A stretch of 64,000 nucleotides of DNA from Rickettsiales bacterium (GTDB lineage Bacteria; Pseudomonadota; Alphaproteobacteria; Rickettsiales; UBA3002). Each line of letters begins with the position of its first letter. Position 1 is the stretch's first letter. Below, piece after piece: positions 44,629-54,371 of the stretch. The notes below the pieces were generated by a model that did no database searches, was not told the DNA's origin, and saw only the letters and a list, made by a program, of their open reading frames with translations. The stretch spans positions 139,519 to 203,518 of the forward strand of contig CBDFGU010000009.1 of assembly GCA_965247335.1 (NCBI GenBank), written 5' to 3'. The translations under genes were made by a program, and so were the position numbers.

Positions 44629-45891
44629 TTAGCTTTTCTTGGCCTTTTTGCCTGGTGTTTCATTGGTCAGCACCGCTTCCGCCTTGCCGTTGATAACATC
44701 GCCGGTGATGATGACCTCGTTCACGTTCTCCGCACCCGGTATCTCATACATCAGATCCATCAATGCTTCCTCCATGATCGCCCGCAGTCCACGCGCACCG
44801 GTCTTACGAGCGATGGCTTTGATCGCGATCGCCGTCAGTGCTTCATCTGTGAATTTTAAGTCGACGCCTTCCATATCGAACAGCTTGCGGTACTGCTTCG
44901 TGAGCGCATTCTTCGGCTCGGTGAGGATATTTTTCAGCGCATCCTCATCAAGGTCATCTAGCGTCGCGATCACTGGCAGACGACCGATGAATTCCGGGAT
45001 GAGCCCAAATTTCAACAGATCTTCCGGCTCCAGCAGACGGAACATCTCGCCGGGTTTTGCCTCATCCGTATTGCGCACATCCGCGCCGAAACCGATGCTG
45101 GTACCCTTTTGGCGGCGCGCGATGATCTTTTCGATGCCCGAGAATGCACCGCCACAAATGAACAGAATGTTCGCCGTATCCACCTGCAGGAATTCCTGCT
45201 GCGGATGCTTGCGACCCCCTTGTGGTGGAACGGACGCTACCGTGCCTTCCATGATCTTGAGCAAGGCTTGTTGCACGCCCTCGCCACTGACATCGCGCGT
45301 GATGGACGGATTCTCCGACTTACGCGAAATCTTGTCAACCTCATCGATGTAAACAATACCCTTCTGGGCGCGCTCGACGTTATAGTCCGCCGCCTGCAAT
45401 AACCGCAGGATGATGTTTTCGACATCTTCACCCACGTAACCGGCTTCGGTCAGGGTCGTCGCATCCGCCATGGTAAACGGCACATCGAGGATACGTGCCA
45501 GCGTCTGCGCCAGCAGCGTTTTGCCCGAACCGGTCGGCCCGACGAGCAGGATATTCGATTTCGCGATCTCGATCTCGTTCGATTTTTCCATCACCGCGAT
45601 GCGCTTGTAATGGTTGTGTACCGCGACCGAGAGCACCTTTTTCGCACGGCGCTGGCCGATGACATAATCATCTAGCACTTTGGCGATCTGTTGCGGGGTA
45701 ACTAGCGATTCGCTCGCCTCACCGGTCGTTGCCGGTGATTTATCCGCAGTGCGAATGATATCGACGCATAATTCCACACATTCATCGCAAATGAATACAG
45801 TTGGCCCGGCGATCAGTTTCCGCACCTCATGTTCGCTTTTGCCGCAGAAGCTGCAGTAGCGGGTCGTTTTGGTTTCGCGCGGTTTACTCAT
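44629..45891 (-). CDS. clpX: ATP-dependent Clp protease ATP-binding subunit ClpX
   Basis: [26 protein letters not shown] (zinc-binding domain), GPTGSGKT (Walker A). Confidence 0.95.
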   Translation of the reverse strand: MSKPRETKTTRYCSFCGKSEHEVRKLIAGPTVFICDECVELCVDIIRTADKSPATTGEASESLVTPQQIAKVLDDYVIGQRRAKKVLSVAVHNHYKRIAVMEKSNEIEIAKSNILLVGPTGSGKTLLAQTLARILDVPFTMADATTLTEAGYVGEDVENIILRLLQAADYNVERAQKGIVYIDEVDKISRKSENPSITRDVSGEGVQQALLKIMEGTVASVPPQGGRKHPQQEFLQVDTANILFICGGAFSGIEKIIARRQKGTSIGFGADVRNTDEAKPGEMFRLLEPEDLLKFGLIPEFIGRLPVIATLDDLDEDALKNILTEPKNALTKQYRKLFDMEGVDLKFTDEALTAIAIKAIARKTGARGLRAIMEEALMDLMYEIPGAENVNEVIITGDVINGKAEAVLTNETPGKKAKKS

Positions 45892-46021
45892 GTCCCCTCC
45901 GTCTTTGTCAATCCTGCAAAACGGGAATCCACTTTAATTTAGTAAGGAGATTCATGTTTTACGGAAATGACAATCTTATTTCATTTCTCACTGTATCACA
46001 TCCATACGTAATCGCATGAAC

Positions 46022-46693
46022 CTATTTCTTCTTCACCTTCTCGGCTTCGCTACGGTTCGCCACCACCTCATCGATCAGGCCAAACTTCTGCGCCATTTCC
46101 GCCGACATAAAGTTATCGCGGTCCATGGCCTTCTCAATGGTCGGCAGCTTCTGGCCGGTATGCTTAACATACATATTGTTCAGGCGATGACGCAGCGCAA
46201 TAATCTCTTGCGCATGGATCTCGATATCCGAGGCCTGGCCGCGGAACCCGCCGGATGGCTGGTGGATCATGATGCGCGCATTCGGCGTGCAGTAACGCAT
46301 GCCCATCTCACCTGCCGTCAGCAGCAGTGAGCCCATCGAAGCCGCCTGACCGATGCACAAGGTCGCCACCTTCGGCTTGATATATTGCATTGTGTCATAC
46401 ACGGAAAGTCCCGCCGTCACCACGCCACCCGGCGAGTTGATGTACATGAAGATGTCTTTCTCCGGATTCTCCGACTCCAGGAACAACAGCTGCGCTACGA
46501 TCAGTGCGCACATGTGGTCTTCGACCTCGCCGGTCAGGAAGATGATGCGTTCCTTCAGCATCCGCGAGTAGATATCATAGGCGCGTTCGCCGCGGCTCGA
46601 TTGCTCGACCACCATCGGAACCAATGCCGCCTTCGCGGGCGTACCCAGCCGGTCGTGGTAGGAATCCATCATATCGCGTTGGTTCAGAATCAT
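46022..46693 (-). CDS. clpP: ATP-dependent Clp protease proteolytic subunit ClpP
   Basis: [21 protein letters not shown] and GQAASMG (active-site Ser). Confidence 0.95.
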   Translation of the reverse strand: MILNQRDMMDSYHDRLGTPAKAALVPMVVEQSSRGERAYDIYSRMLKERIIFLTGEVEDHMCALIVAQLLFLESENPEKDIFMYINSPGGVVTAGLSVYDTMQYIKPKVATLCIGQAASMGSLLLTAGEMGMRYCTPNARIMIHQPSGGFRGQASDIEIHAQEIIALRHRLNNMYVKHTGQKLPTIEKAMDRDNFMSAEMAQKFGLIDEVVANRSEAEKVKKK

Positions 46694-46889
46694 AACTACT
46701 CCTTATGTATCAGTTCAGGCTGCACCAGCAATCCATTGCCGTCAAAATTCGATCCGGAATTTTTTCGCTTATGCCGCAAAGATAGTGCGCCTGTGAGGTA
46801 ATTGCCACTGTGCACTGCGGTAAATAAAATTAACCGCTCGAAACGCCCGGTGAATGGTCATTACCGCACGATTTAGCCTACTGCCCAAT

Positions 46890-46919
46890 AAAAAAACGCG
46901 CGTTGGATCACCAACGCGC
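46890..46919 (-). terminator. rho-independent terminator after tig
   Basis: The minus strand reads gcgcgttgg-tgat-ccaacgcgc (9-bp perfect stem) + gttttttt. Confidence 0.65.
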
Positions 46920-46940
46920 TTTAGATGTTCAGCATAACAA

Positions 46941-48284
46941 TTACTTTGTCGCTTTTTTCTTTGCCGGCTTTGCCACTTCCTCATCATCCTTCATCAATTC
47001 TTCCGTTGTGACGGGTTTTTGCGTGCGCGTCACTTTGCCGAGAATGAAATCAACCGCCTTCTCTTCGAGGATCGGTCCGCGCAGCTCATCCACCGATTGC
47101 GGATTCTTGCGGTAGAATTCAAAGATCTTGTCTTCCTGGCCCGGATAATTGCGCGCCTGGCTCATCACCGCCGCCGAGAGTTCCTCACGCGTGATGGTCA
47201 GATTGTTCGTCTGCGCCACCGCGGAAAGCAGGATACCAAGACGCACACGCCGCTCGGAAATAGCTTCGTATTCCTCTTTAAGCTCGGCATCGGACTTATC
47301 CTTGAGTTCAGGGTCGCCCGCTTTTTTTGCCTCTACCACCTGCTTCATGATGCTTTCATTCTCGAGCTTCAGCATGCCTTGTGGGATTTCGAAATTCGCC
47401 ACTTCATCGAGCGCATCGAACAACTGCTTTTTCGCTTTCGCCCGCGCTGCACCCTTATATTCAAAATCGATCTGCTGACGCACGGCCTGTTTCAGGTTCT
47501 CGAGATCCTTGAAACCGAGTTGCTCGGCGAGCTTTTCGTCCATGTCCGGCGCATGGAGGCGCAGCACTTCATGCACCTTCACGTCAAAGGTCGATTCCGC
47601 CCCGGCGAGGTCCTTGCTATGGTATTCTTTCGGGAAGGTCACGCTGATGGTCTTCTCGTCGCCCGCCTTCAGGCCCACCAGTTGTTCCTCGAAGCCCGGA
47701 ATGAACTGGTTGCTACCCAACTCTAGCTGGAAGCCCTTGCCTTCGCCACCGGCGAACGGCACGCCGTCCTTCTTGCCGAGAAAGTCGATCTTCACCACAT
47801 GGCCCATTTCTGCCGCCCCGTCATGTCCGTGCGTATGTTGGCGCGTTTTCGCAAGGCGTGTTAGGCCTTCTTCCACTTCGTTCTCTGGCAGTTCATAGGT
47901 CAGCTCATCGACCGTGATCTTGCTGAAATCGATCTCCGGTACGGTTGGCATGACTTCGATCGTGATATCGAAGGCAAGATCCTTGCCCTCTTCGAAACTC
48001 GTAATCTTCACATCCGGCTGCAGCGCGGGGCGGATTTTCTTTTCCGCCATTACGTCACGGGTCGCTTTCTCTACCGTGTTCTGGATCACGTCGCCCATGA
48101 CATCCTTGCTGTATTTCTGGCGCAGCACCGACATCGGCACTTTACCCGGACGGAAGCCCGGCATCTTCACCTTTTTGCCAAGCGACTGCAGCTCGGTATC
48201 GAGTTGCGTCTCGACATCCTTCGCCGGGACAACGACGTGGAAGCTATGGCTCAAACCGGATTGTTCTTTGGCGGTGATTTGCAT
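46941..48284 (-). CDS. tig: trigger factor
   Basis: 447 aa. MQITAKEQSGLSHSFHVVVPA..., GFRPGKVP motif, and the FKBP-like central region GKKDGVPFAGG. Confidence 0.9.
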   Translation of the reverse strand: MQITAKEQSGLSHSFHVVVPAKDVETQLDTELQSLGKKVKMPGFRPGKVPMSVLRQKYSKDVMGDVIQNTVEKATRDVMAEKKIRPALQPDVKITSFEEGKDLAFDITIEVMPTVPEIDFSKITVDELTYELPENEVEEGLTRLAKTRQHTHGHDGAAEMGHVVKIDFLGKKDGVPFAGGEGKGFQLELGSNQFIPGFEEQLVGLKAGDEKTISVTFPKEYHSKDLAGAESTFDVKVHEVLRLHAPDMDEKLAEQLGFKDLENLKQAVRQQIDFEYKGAARAKAKKQLFDALDEVANFEIPQGMLKLENESIMKQVVEAKKAGDPELKDKSDAELKEEYEAISERRVRLGILLSAVAQTNNLTITREELSAAVMSQARNYPGQEDKIFEFYRKNPQSVDELRGPILEEKAVDFILGKVTRTQKPVTTEELMKDDEEVAKPAKKKATK

Positions 48285-48425
48285 GGGGCTCTCTCGTTAT
48301 AAGGTAAATTGCGGGCAGGCGGGGTTCATGGCACAGGGTTTTGCTGCCAGCAAGCCTAAATTCGTGTAGTGAATTGGTTTTGTAGCTCGCAGACCTTGGC
48401 GGCCTATGCAAAATAGTAATCGTTA

Positions 48426-48833
48426 CTATACCTTGGCCATTAATGCATTCAGCCCTGCCGTCGCCACGATTTCGTCCTCCTGCGACTTAACGCCCGAAAC
48501 ACCGATACCGCCAACGCATTCACCCTGATGCATGATGGGAATGCCGCCCTGCAACGGCAGGCGCTCCGGCATCAACGCGATGGCCGGACGCTCTTTCACC
48601 ATGTCCTCGAATACTTTGGTCGGCTGCTTGCTCACTGACGCCGTGAATGCCTTGCGGCGCGCCACCTCGGGACTTTGAAACGGTGCACCGTCAATACGCT
48701 CGAGATGCACCAGATAGCCTGACTCATCCACCACCGCGATACTCACCTTCCACTGGTTCTTTTCGGCCTCGATTTTCGCGGCGGCGACAATGGTTGCGGC
48801 GTCGCTTGCAGTAATAGTGAACTTCTGGCGCAT
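48426..48833 (-). CDS. GlcG/HbpS-like (DUF336) haem-binding-family protein
   Basis: 135 aa. ...VSIAVVDESGYLVHLERIDGA...GGIPI...GGIGVSG. Confidence 0.7.
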   Translation of the reverse strand: MRQKFTITASDAATIVAAAKIEAEKNQWKVSIAVVDESGYLVHLERIDGAPFQSPEVARRKAFTASVSKQPTKVFEDMVKERPAIALMPERLPLQGGIPIMHQGECVGGIGVSGVKSQEDEIVATAGLNALMAKV

Positions 48834-48886
48834 GAGAACCTCGTATGGGTTGATTAGGGTGGCCTGCCATCCGCAGCTTTAGTGGA

Positions 48887-48971
48887 TGGTGCGGATAGAG
48901 GGACTTGAACCCCCACGCCTTGCGGCGCCAGAACCTAAATCTGGTGCGTCTGCCAATTTCGCCATATCCGC
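48887..48971 (-). tRNA. tRNA-Leu (anticodon UAG)
   Basis: 85 nt. GCGGATA acceptor stem, anticodon arm CCAGA-TTTAGGT-TCTGG, 13-nt variable arm, T arm GGGGG-TTCAAGT-CCCTC, TATCCGC-A-CCA. Confidence 0.9.
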
Positions 48972-49180
48972 GCTACCGTCGCTACTGCCACGAGGTAGAA
49001 GTTAGCGCAAGGGGGAAGACCACAAAATATAGTTTAAAACACTAGAAAAATGCATAAAATAATGCAACCATGGATTGCAATCTTTATATCATAATTAGAT
49101 TTATAGTTGCAATTCAAAAAACTTAACTTATACCTTAGGTTGTTAGCTGGTCGTAACTATAATCAATCAAGGGTTGTATC

Positions 49181-49936
49181 ATGCCAGATGCCACCAAAGT
49201 CAGTGCTTATGCCCGCATCAATGCGTGGTTTAGTGCCGTTGCCGATGACGACGTCGATTTGCTCGACGATTTTCTGGCGCATGGTATGCCCATCGATGCG
49301 CCACATCCCCTCCGTCATTCGACAGCCTTGATGGAGGCTACTCGCCGGGGCCGCGCCGATATGGTCCAGTGGTTGCTGGAACGCGGTGCAGCCCCGGCCT
49401 TTTTATGCGGATTGCCATTAAGTACAGCATTGCATTGTGCCCTGCGCCGCCGTCAGTGGAAAATCGCCCAGTTGCTCGCTGCCCGCATGAGCAATTGCGC
49501 CATCATGGATGCGCACGGTGCAACGCCACTGCATGTGCTTTGTGCCGAAATATTGACCCAACAGGATCGCCCAATCGCCGCCACCCTTGCTATTCTGTTC
49601 ATTAGCAAGCAATGCCCTCTCAACAGTCTCGACCATGAAGGCACGACGGCCTTGCATCATTGCACCGTCAATGACTATCACGAGCTTACTGCCATTCTGC
49701 TGCATCACGGTGCGAATCCCAATGCACTGATTCCTTACTCGCGCGTCAGTCCCCTCACCATCGCTGCTCTGGAAAAAAATGCCTCCATCGCACAACTTCT
49801 CCTGCAACATGGGGCTGATCCGCATATCCGCACGCGTGAGGGTTCTACCCCTATTTCTATCTATCCGGGTCTTGCCCCCCTCCTCAACCAGCGGCTAATT
49901 TTAAAGAACGACGAAACAGTGGCCGCTACGGGATGA
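49181..49936 (+). CDS. ankyrin-repeat protein
   Basis: Several ANK-like units: TALMEATRRGRADMVQWLLERGAAP, GATPLHVLC, GTTALHHC...LLHHGANPN, SPLTIAA...LLLQHGADPH. Confidence 0.8.
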   Translation: MPDATKVSAYARINAWFSAVADDDVDLLDDFLAHGMPIDAPHPLRHSTALMEATRRGRADMVQWLLERGAAPAFLCGLPLSTALHCALRRRQWKIAQLLAARMSNCAIMDAHGATPLHVLCAEILTQQDRPIAATLAILFISKQCPLNSLDHEGTTALHHCTVNDYHELTAILLHHGANPNALIPYSRVSPLTIAALEKNASIAQLLLQHGADPHIRTREGSTPISIYPGLAPLLNQRLILKNDETVAATG

Positions 49937-50001
49937 ACCGCATACATGCGCTGCACGAGAACTTTGACAGCGCGCCCCACCGCCGCTAAACACGGCGACC
50001 T

Positions 50002-52608
50002 ATGACATATACCCACAAAATGTTACCGCTGTCGCCACAGTACGATCAGGCCGCCATCGAGAAAAAATGGCAGTCGCATTGGCTTGCGGCTCGTACCTAT
50101 GCATGGGACGAAACCATCGCCCGCGACGATTCCTATGTCATCGACACCCCACCGCCGACCGTTTCCGGTACCCTGCATATGGGACACGTCTTCAGCTATA
50201 CGCAAGGGGATTTCATCGCCCGTTTTCAGCGCATGACCGGTAAGAACGTCTTCTACCCGATGGGGTTCGATGACAACGGCCTGCCCACCGAACGGCTTGT
50301 CGAAAAAACCAAGAAGATTCGCGCCATCGACATGAGCCGCGAAGAATTCATCAAGGTGTGTCTTGGCGTGTCCGAAGAAGCGCGCGTCGAGTTCCGCACC
50401 CTCTTCCAATCGATCGCCCTTAGTGTCGATTGGGATCAGGAATACCATACCATCTCGGATGATTCGCGCCTCCTCTCACAACTGTCGTTCCTTGACCTCG
50501 TGCACAAAGGCCATGTATACCGCAGGCTGCAGCCGATGCTATGGGACCCGGTTGACCAGACCGCCATTGCCCAGGCCGAAGTCGAAGACAAGATGCTTGC
50601 CTCGCATTTCACGGACATTGCCTTCACCTGCGCCGAAACGAAAGAAGAACTTGTCATCGGCACAACACGACCGGAATTGCTCCCCGCCTGTGTCGCCCTT
50701 TTCTATCATCCGGAGGATACTCGTTATCAGCACTTAAATAGGAAGACCGCATCGGTCCCACTCTTCGGTTTCAGCGTACCCATCCTTACCGATGAAACGG
50801 TCGAGCCCGACAAAGGCACCGGCCTCATGATGTGCTGTACCTTCGGTGACGAAAAAGACATTGAGAAATGGCGCAAATACGACCTACCGACCCGCATGAT
50901 CCTCACTAAATTTGGAAAAATCGACCTGAATTTTGCCCTTTCCGAGGGTAAATTCCCCAATGGCTTCAGTTGGCCCACGGCCCTATCCGAAGCCTTGAAC
51001 ACCAAAAAAGTATCGAACACCGATCCTAAATTCCCCGGCGCGCGCGAAACCATGCTGAATTTGCTGAAAGAAGCAAACCTCATCCGTCACCAGACCGCCA
51101 TCACCCACGCCGTCAAATGCGCCGAGCGCTCCGGCGCGGCGCTTGAACTGATCCCGACCTCCCAATGGTTTGTAAGCGTCACCGATAAAAAAGAAGCCCT
51201 GAAATCAAAAGCAAAAGAGTGCAAATGGAACCCGGACTGGATGCGCCTCCGCATCGAACAATGGATCGATGGACTGAACTGGGATTGGTGCATCTCCCGC
51301 CAACGCTATTTCGGTGTGCCATTCCCGGTATGGTATTCCAATCGACCCGGTGAAGAAGGCAAGGCAATTTACGCGGAGCCGAACCAGCTTCCCTGCAACC
51401 CACTCGTTGATTTACCAGCCGGTTACATGCGCGATGAAGTCACCCCCGACCTGGACGTCATGGACACGTGGGCCACATCTTCAATCAGTCCTCAACTTTC
51501 TGCTCACGGTATTACTACTGAAACCGCTGAGGACAAAACTCGCTTCAACTCCCTCTTCCCCGCCGATCTGCGCCCACAAGCGCACGAAATTATTCGCACC
51601 TGGGCTTTCTATACGTTAGTTAAAGCATACCTTCATAACGATCAGATTCCATGGCATAATCTGATGATCTCCGGTTGGTGTCTTGCTGAAGATAAGTCAA
51701 AAATGAGCAAGTCAAAAGGCAATGTTATCACCCCGGTGGCACTCATCGAAGAACGCGGCACGGATGCAGTGCGTTACTGGGCCGGCACCTCGCGTCTTGG
51801 GCAGGATACGGCCTTCTCGCCGGATCTACTGAAAATCGGCAAGAAACTCGTCGGCAAACTTTGGAATGCCACCGCCTTCGCTGCCATTCATTTAAGTAAA
51901 CTCGAATCCGCACCGACCACTGCCGCAACGGATACCGCCATTACCGAAACACTCGACCGCTGGATCCTATCCCGACTTGGCGAGACCGTCGCCAAAGCCA
52001 CCGAAGCTTTTAGCGCTTACGAATATGCCGATGCGCTCGACGCCACCAACCAGTTCTTCTGGGCGGATTTCTGCGACAACTATCTCGAGCTCATCAAAAA
52101 GCGCGTTTATAATGAAGATGGCACAGGCAGCGTTGTGGCCCAACAATCCGCCGTGCGCACGCTCTATTACGTACTCGAGAGCATCCTAAAACTCTACGCC
52201 CCCTTCATACCGCACGTCACCGAAGAACTTTACAGCCACATCTTCGCCGACGCCTATGTCGCAAAAGGTTCTCTCCACGCCAAGGGCCAATGGCCGAACT
52301 GCAAAGACTATCCTATTGATGCACAGGCACTGACCGATGGCCGCCACGCGCTGGAGCTACTCGAAATCATCCGTAAATCGAAATCGGAAACCAATCGTTC
52401 CATCAAATTCCCGATCGAGAAGCTGACCATCTTCGCCGCAACCGATGCCGCCAAAACCACGCTTGAGCATATCATGGGCGATGTGGGCGGCGCAGGCAAC
52501 GTCCATGCTTATGATATCGCCGCCAGTAAATCCGTCGGGATGATTCACACGGCGGATGAACATTTCGCGCTGGCGATCACTTTCACGGACAAAGCGGAAG
52601 TCGCGTAA
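50002..52608 (+). CDS. valS: valine--tRNA ligase (non-canonical, shorter type)
   Basis: TPPPTVSGTLHMGH (HIGH region in the ValRS-style PPPxxxG context) and KMSKSKGN. 868 aa. Confidence 0.8.
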   Translation: MTYTHKMLPLSPQYDQAAIEKKWQSHWLAARTYAWDETIARDDSYVIDTPPPTVSGTLHMGHVFSYTQGDFIARFQRMTGKNVFYPMGFDDNGLPTERLVEKTKKIRAIDMSREEFIKVCLGVSEEARVEFRTLFQSIALSVDWDQEYHTISDDSRLLSQLSFLDLVHKGHVYRRLQPMLWDPVDQTAIAQAEVEDKMLASHFTDIAFTCAETKEELVIGTTRPELLPACVALFYHPEDTRYQHLNRKTASVPLFGFSVPILTDETVEPDKGTGLMMCCTFGDEKDIEKWRKYDLPTRMILTKFGKIDLNFALSEGKFPNGFSWPTALSEALNTKKVSNTDPKFPGARETMLNLLKEANLIRHQTAITHAVKCAERSGAALELIPTSQWFVSVTDKKEALKSKAKECKWNPDWMRLRIEQWIDGLNWDWCISRQRYFGVPFPVWYSNRPGEEGKAIYAEPNQLPCNPLVDLPAGYMRDEVTPDLDVMDTWATSSISPQLSAHGITTETAEDKTRFNSLFPADLRPQAHEIIRTWAFYTLVKAYLHNDQIPWHNLMISGWCLAEDKSKMSKSKGNVITPVALIEERGTDAVRYWAGTSRLGQDTAFSPDLLKIGKKLVGKLWNATAFAAIHLSKLESAPTTAATDTAITETLDRWILSRLGETVAKATEAFSAYEYADALDATNQFFWADFCDNYLELIKKRVYNEDGTGSVVAQQSAVRTLYYVLESILKLYAPFIPHVTEELYSHIFADAYVAKGSLHAKGQWPNCKDYPIDAQALTDGRHALELLEIIRKSKSETNRSIKFPIEKLTIFAATDAAKTTLEHIMGDVGGAGNVHAYDIAASKSVGMIHTADEHFALAITFTDKAEVA

Positions 52609-53773
52609 CTTCCTGCCTCCACAGCTGATAGATCAATACACCGGTGAGCAGCATCGCTGCAAATCCTAGTTGCAGCGTGATGCCCGTCATCGGGAACAGC
52701 AACGGCAGCAGAATGATGCTCAGCAATAAGGCTAAATCTGTATTTTTTAGCTGATCCTGCCGCAGGATCAGGACCAGGATGAACGCCAGCGACACCGTAA
52801 GCGCCGCAAGATCATAGATGTAAAGATACGGGCTCGCCATCAATACGCCGAGCGCCAGCGCCGCCGATTTGATTTCGAACGATGGGCTGCGACGCCGGAT
52901 ACAGACCACCGCTGCAATCACTATCGCCATCCAACCGACCTGCAATCCCCAACTAAGCGGCATCGTAACCCCATGCGAACGAAGAATACCCAGCAGGCTA
53001 TGCATTTTCGCCAAGTCCGCATTACCATGCAAAAACACTTCATCATTGCTGGTCGACATCGAATGGAAAAACGCCACCCAGCTATCGATACCAAAAACGG
53101 CGCCGGAAAGAACAACCAGTAGACACGTCGTTACCGTCGCAAAGACAATCGTCTGCCAGCGCCGCTCAATCAGCAGGATAAAGGGGATGATAAGCCCGAA
53201 TTGTGGTTTGTAGGTCAGCAACCCGAAAAATACACCTGCCAGCTTTGGCCGCTTATCGAGATGATAAAGCGCCCCACCCAGCAACGTTGCCGTAATCAAT
53301 CCATTCTGCCCGAGATAAGCATTCCACGCCAGCGGCGGCCAGGCGAATGCAAACAAATACGCAATTTTCTCTCCGATGATTTGCCGTACCATTCTAAGGT
53401 AGAGAACGAACGTTACCACGACCCAGAGCAGCCAGGCATAAATATACGGTACCAGCGCCAATGCCGCTGCTGCAAAGAAGAAGATCGGCGGATAAAGCCA
53501 TCCATAATATCCAGGCAAAGTATGGCCTAACGCACTTACTTCCGCCTGGTGATGGATGCGCCAGTCATACGCCTGCGCTGCATGCCCGGTAATGGCGAGA
53601 GCTCCCGCCGCCCACACATCCACGAAATCCGTGTCCTGCACGCTGGCATGCGCTCCCCAATAACTGAGTTCGACAACCACCAGTTTAAAGAAAAGCAAGA
53701 CCACGATCACTGCGAGAATTATCGCCCATCGTACCAGCATCTTGCGCACTGGAGATATCGTTGCCTGATTCAT
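52583..53773 (-). CDS. polytopic membrane protein, DUF2029/GT87-like glycosyltransferase candidate
   Basis: 396 aa with about 10 TM segments. The N-terminal DFVDVWAAGALAITGHAAQAYDW resembles the DUF2029 motif. The 3' end overlaps valS by 26 nt. Confidence 0.5.
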   Translation of the reverse strand: MNQATISPVRKMLVRWAIILAVIVVLLFFKLVVVELSYWGAHASVQDTDFVDVWAAGALAITGHAAQAYDWRIHHQAEVSALGHTLPGYYGWLYPPIFFFAAAALALVPYIYAWLLWVVVTFVLYLRMVRQIIGEKIAYLFAFAWPPLAWNAYLGQNGLITATLLGGALYHLDKRPKLAGVFFGLLTYKPQFGLIIPFILLIERRWQTIVFATVTTCLLVVLSGAVFGIDSWVAFFHSMSTSNDEVFLHGNADLAKMHSLLGILRSHGVTMPLSWGLQVGWMAIVIAAVVCIRRRSPSFEIKSAALALGVLMASPYLYIYDLAALTVSLAFILVLILRQDQLKNTDLALLLSIILLPLLFPMTGITLQLGFAAMLLTGVLIYQLWRQEVTRLPLCP

Positions 53774-53812
53774 AAGATAGGGCTATCAGCCCAAATTTTA
53801 CGCGGCAATCGA

Positions 53813-53847
53813 TAAAAAAAGAGGGCACCGGTTTGCACCGGCGCCCC
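53813..53847 (-). terminator. orphan intrinsic-terminator-like hairpin just upstream of the GT87-like gene
   Basis: The minus strand reads gggcgccgg-tgcaaa-ccggtgccc (9 bp, one G-U) + tcttttttt. There is no annotated minus-strand gene upstream of it. Confidence 0.4.
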
Positions 53848-54092
53848 AAGCTTTCCTCGCACAGAAGAAACTCGTGAATTTCGTGAACCCGTGCGGGGTT
53901 CAATCCAAGTAATGAACCGAGTTTACCTTTAATGTTCCTTAAAAAGTGTGACGGTTCTGTTAAGATTCAGCCATTCGACCCATCCGGTCAGAGAAAAGCT
54001 TGCCTTCCGCATCGCCTGTCGTTAAAAACACCCGAGTTTTAGGAAACTAAACGCCCGCAAAAAACCAACAAAACACGATCAAGAGGCACTCC

Positions 54093-54368
54093 ATGGCAAG
54101 CGAAAAGAACCAGAACATTCAGGATGTTTTTCTGAACACACTGCGTAAGGAAAAAGTACCCGTCACTGTCTTCCTGACTAGCGGTGTCAAACTGCAGGGC
54201 AACATTAGCGGCTTCGATAATTTTTGCGTTGTCCTGCGTCGCAGCCCGCAAGTGCAATTGGTTTACAAGCACGCCATTGCCACCATCGTCCCATCCACCA
54301 ACATCAGCCTCTACAAAGGCGAAGATGATAGTGATGCATCGGCAGCGGATGCGGCTCCAAGCGCCTAA
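54093..54368 (+). CDS. hfq: RNA chaperone Hfq
   Basis: [41 protein letters not shown]...[11 protein letters not shown] (Sm1/Sm2). Confidence 0.95.
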   Translation: MASEKNQNIQDVFLNTLRKEKVPVTVFLTSGVKLQGNISGFDNFCVVLRRSPQVQLVYKHAIATIVPSTNISLYKGEDDSDASAADAAPSA

Positions 54369-54371
54369 CGC

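Noticed and set aside
44639-45352. 237-aa plus-strand ORF
   Set aside because: It is antisense to clpX, and its product is Ser/Arg-rich nonsense-like sequence.
47019-47726. 235-aa plus-strand ORF, with 47149-47478, 47509-47898 and 47914-48369
   Set aside because: These are antisense to trigger factor and are shadow ORFs.
48972-49180. AT-rich spacer next to tRNA-Leu followed by the ankyrin gene, as a possible second tRNA-associated island
   Set aside because: The ankyrin gene lies on the 5' side of the tRNA, not at its 3' end. No duplicated tRNA fragment or integrase was seen.
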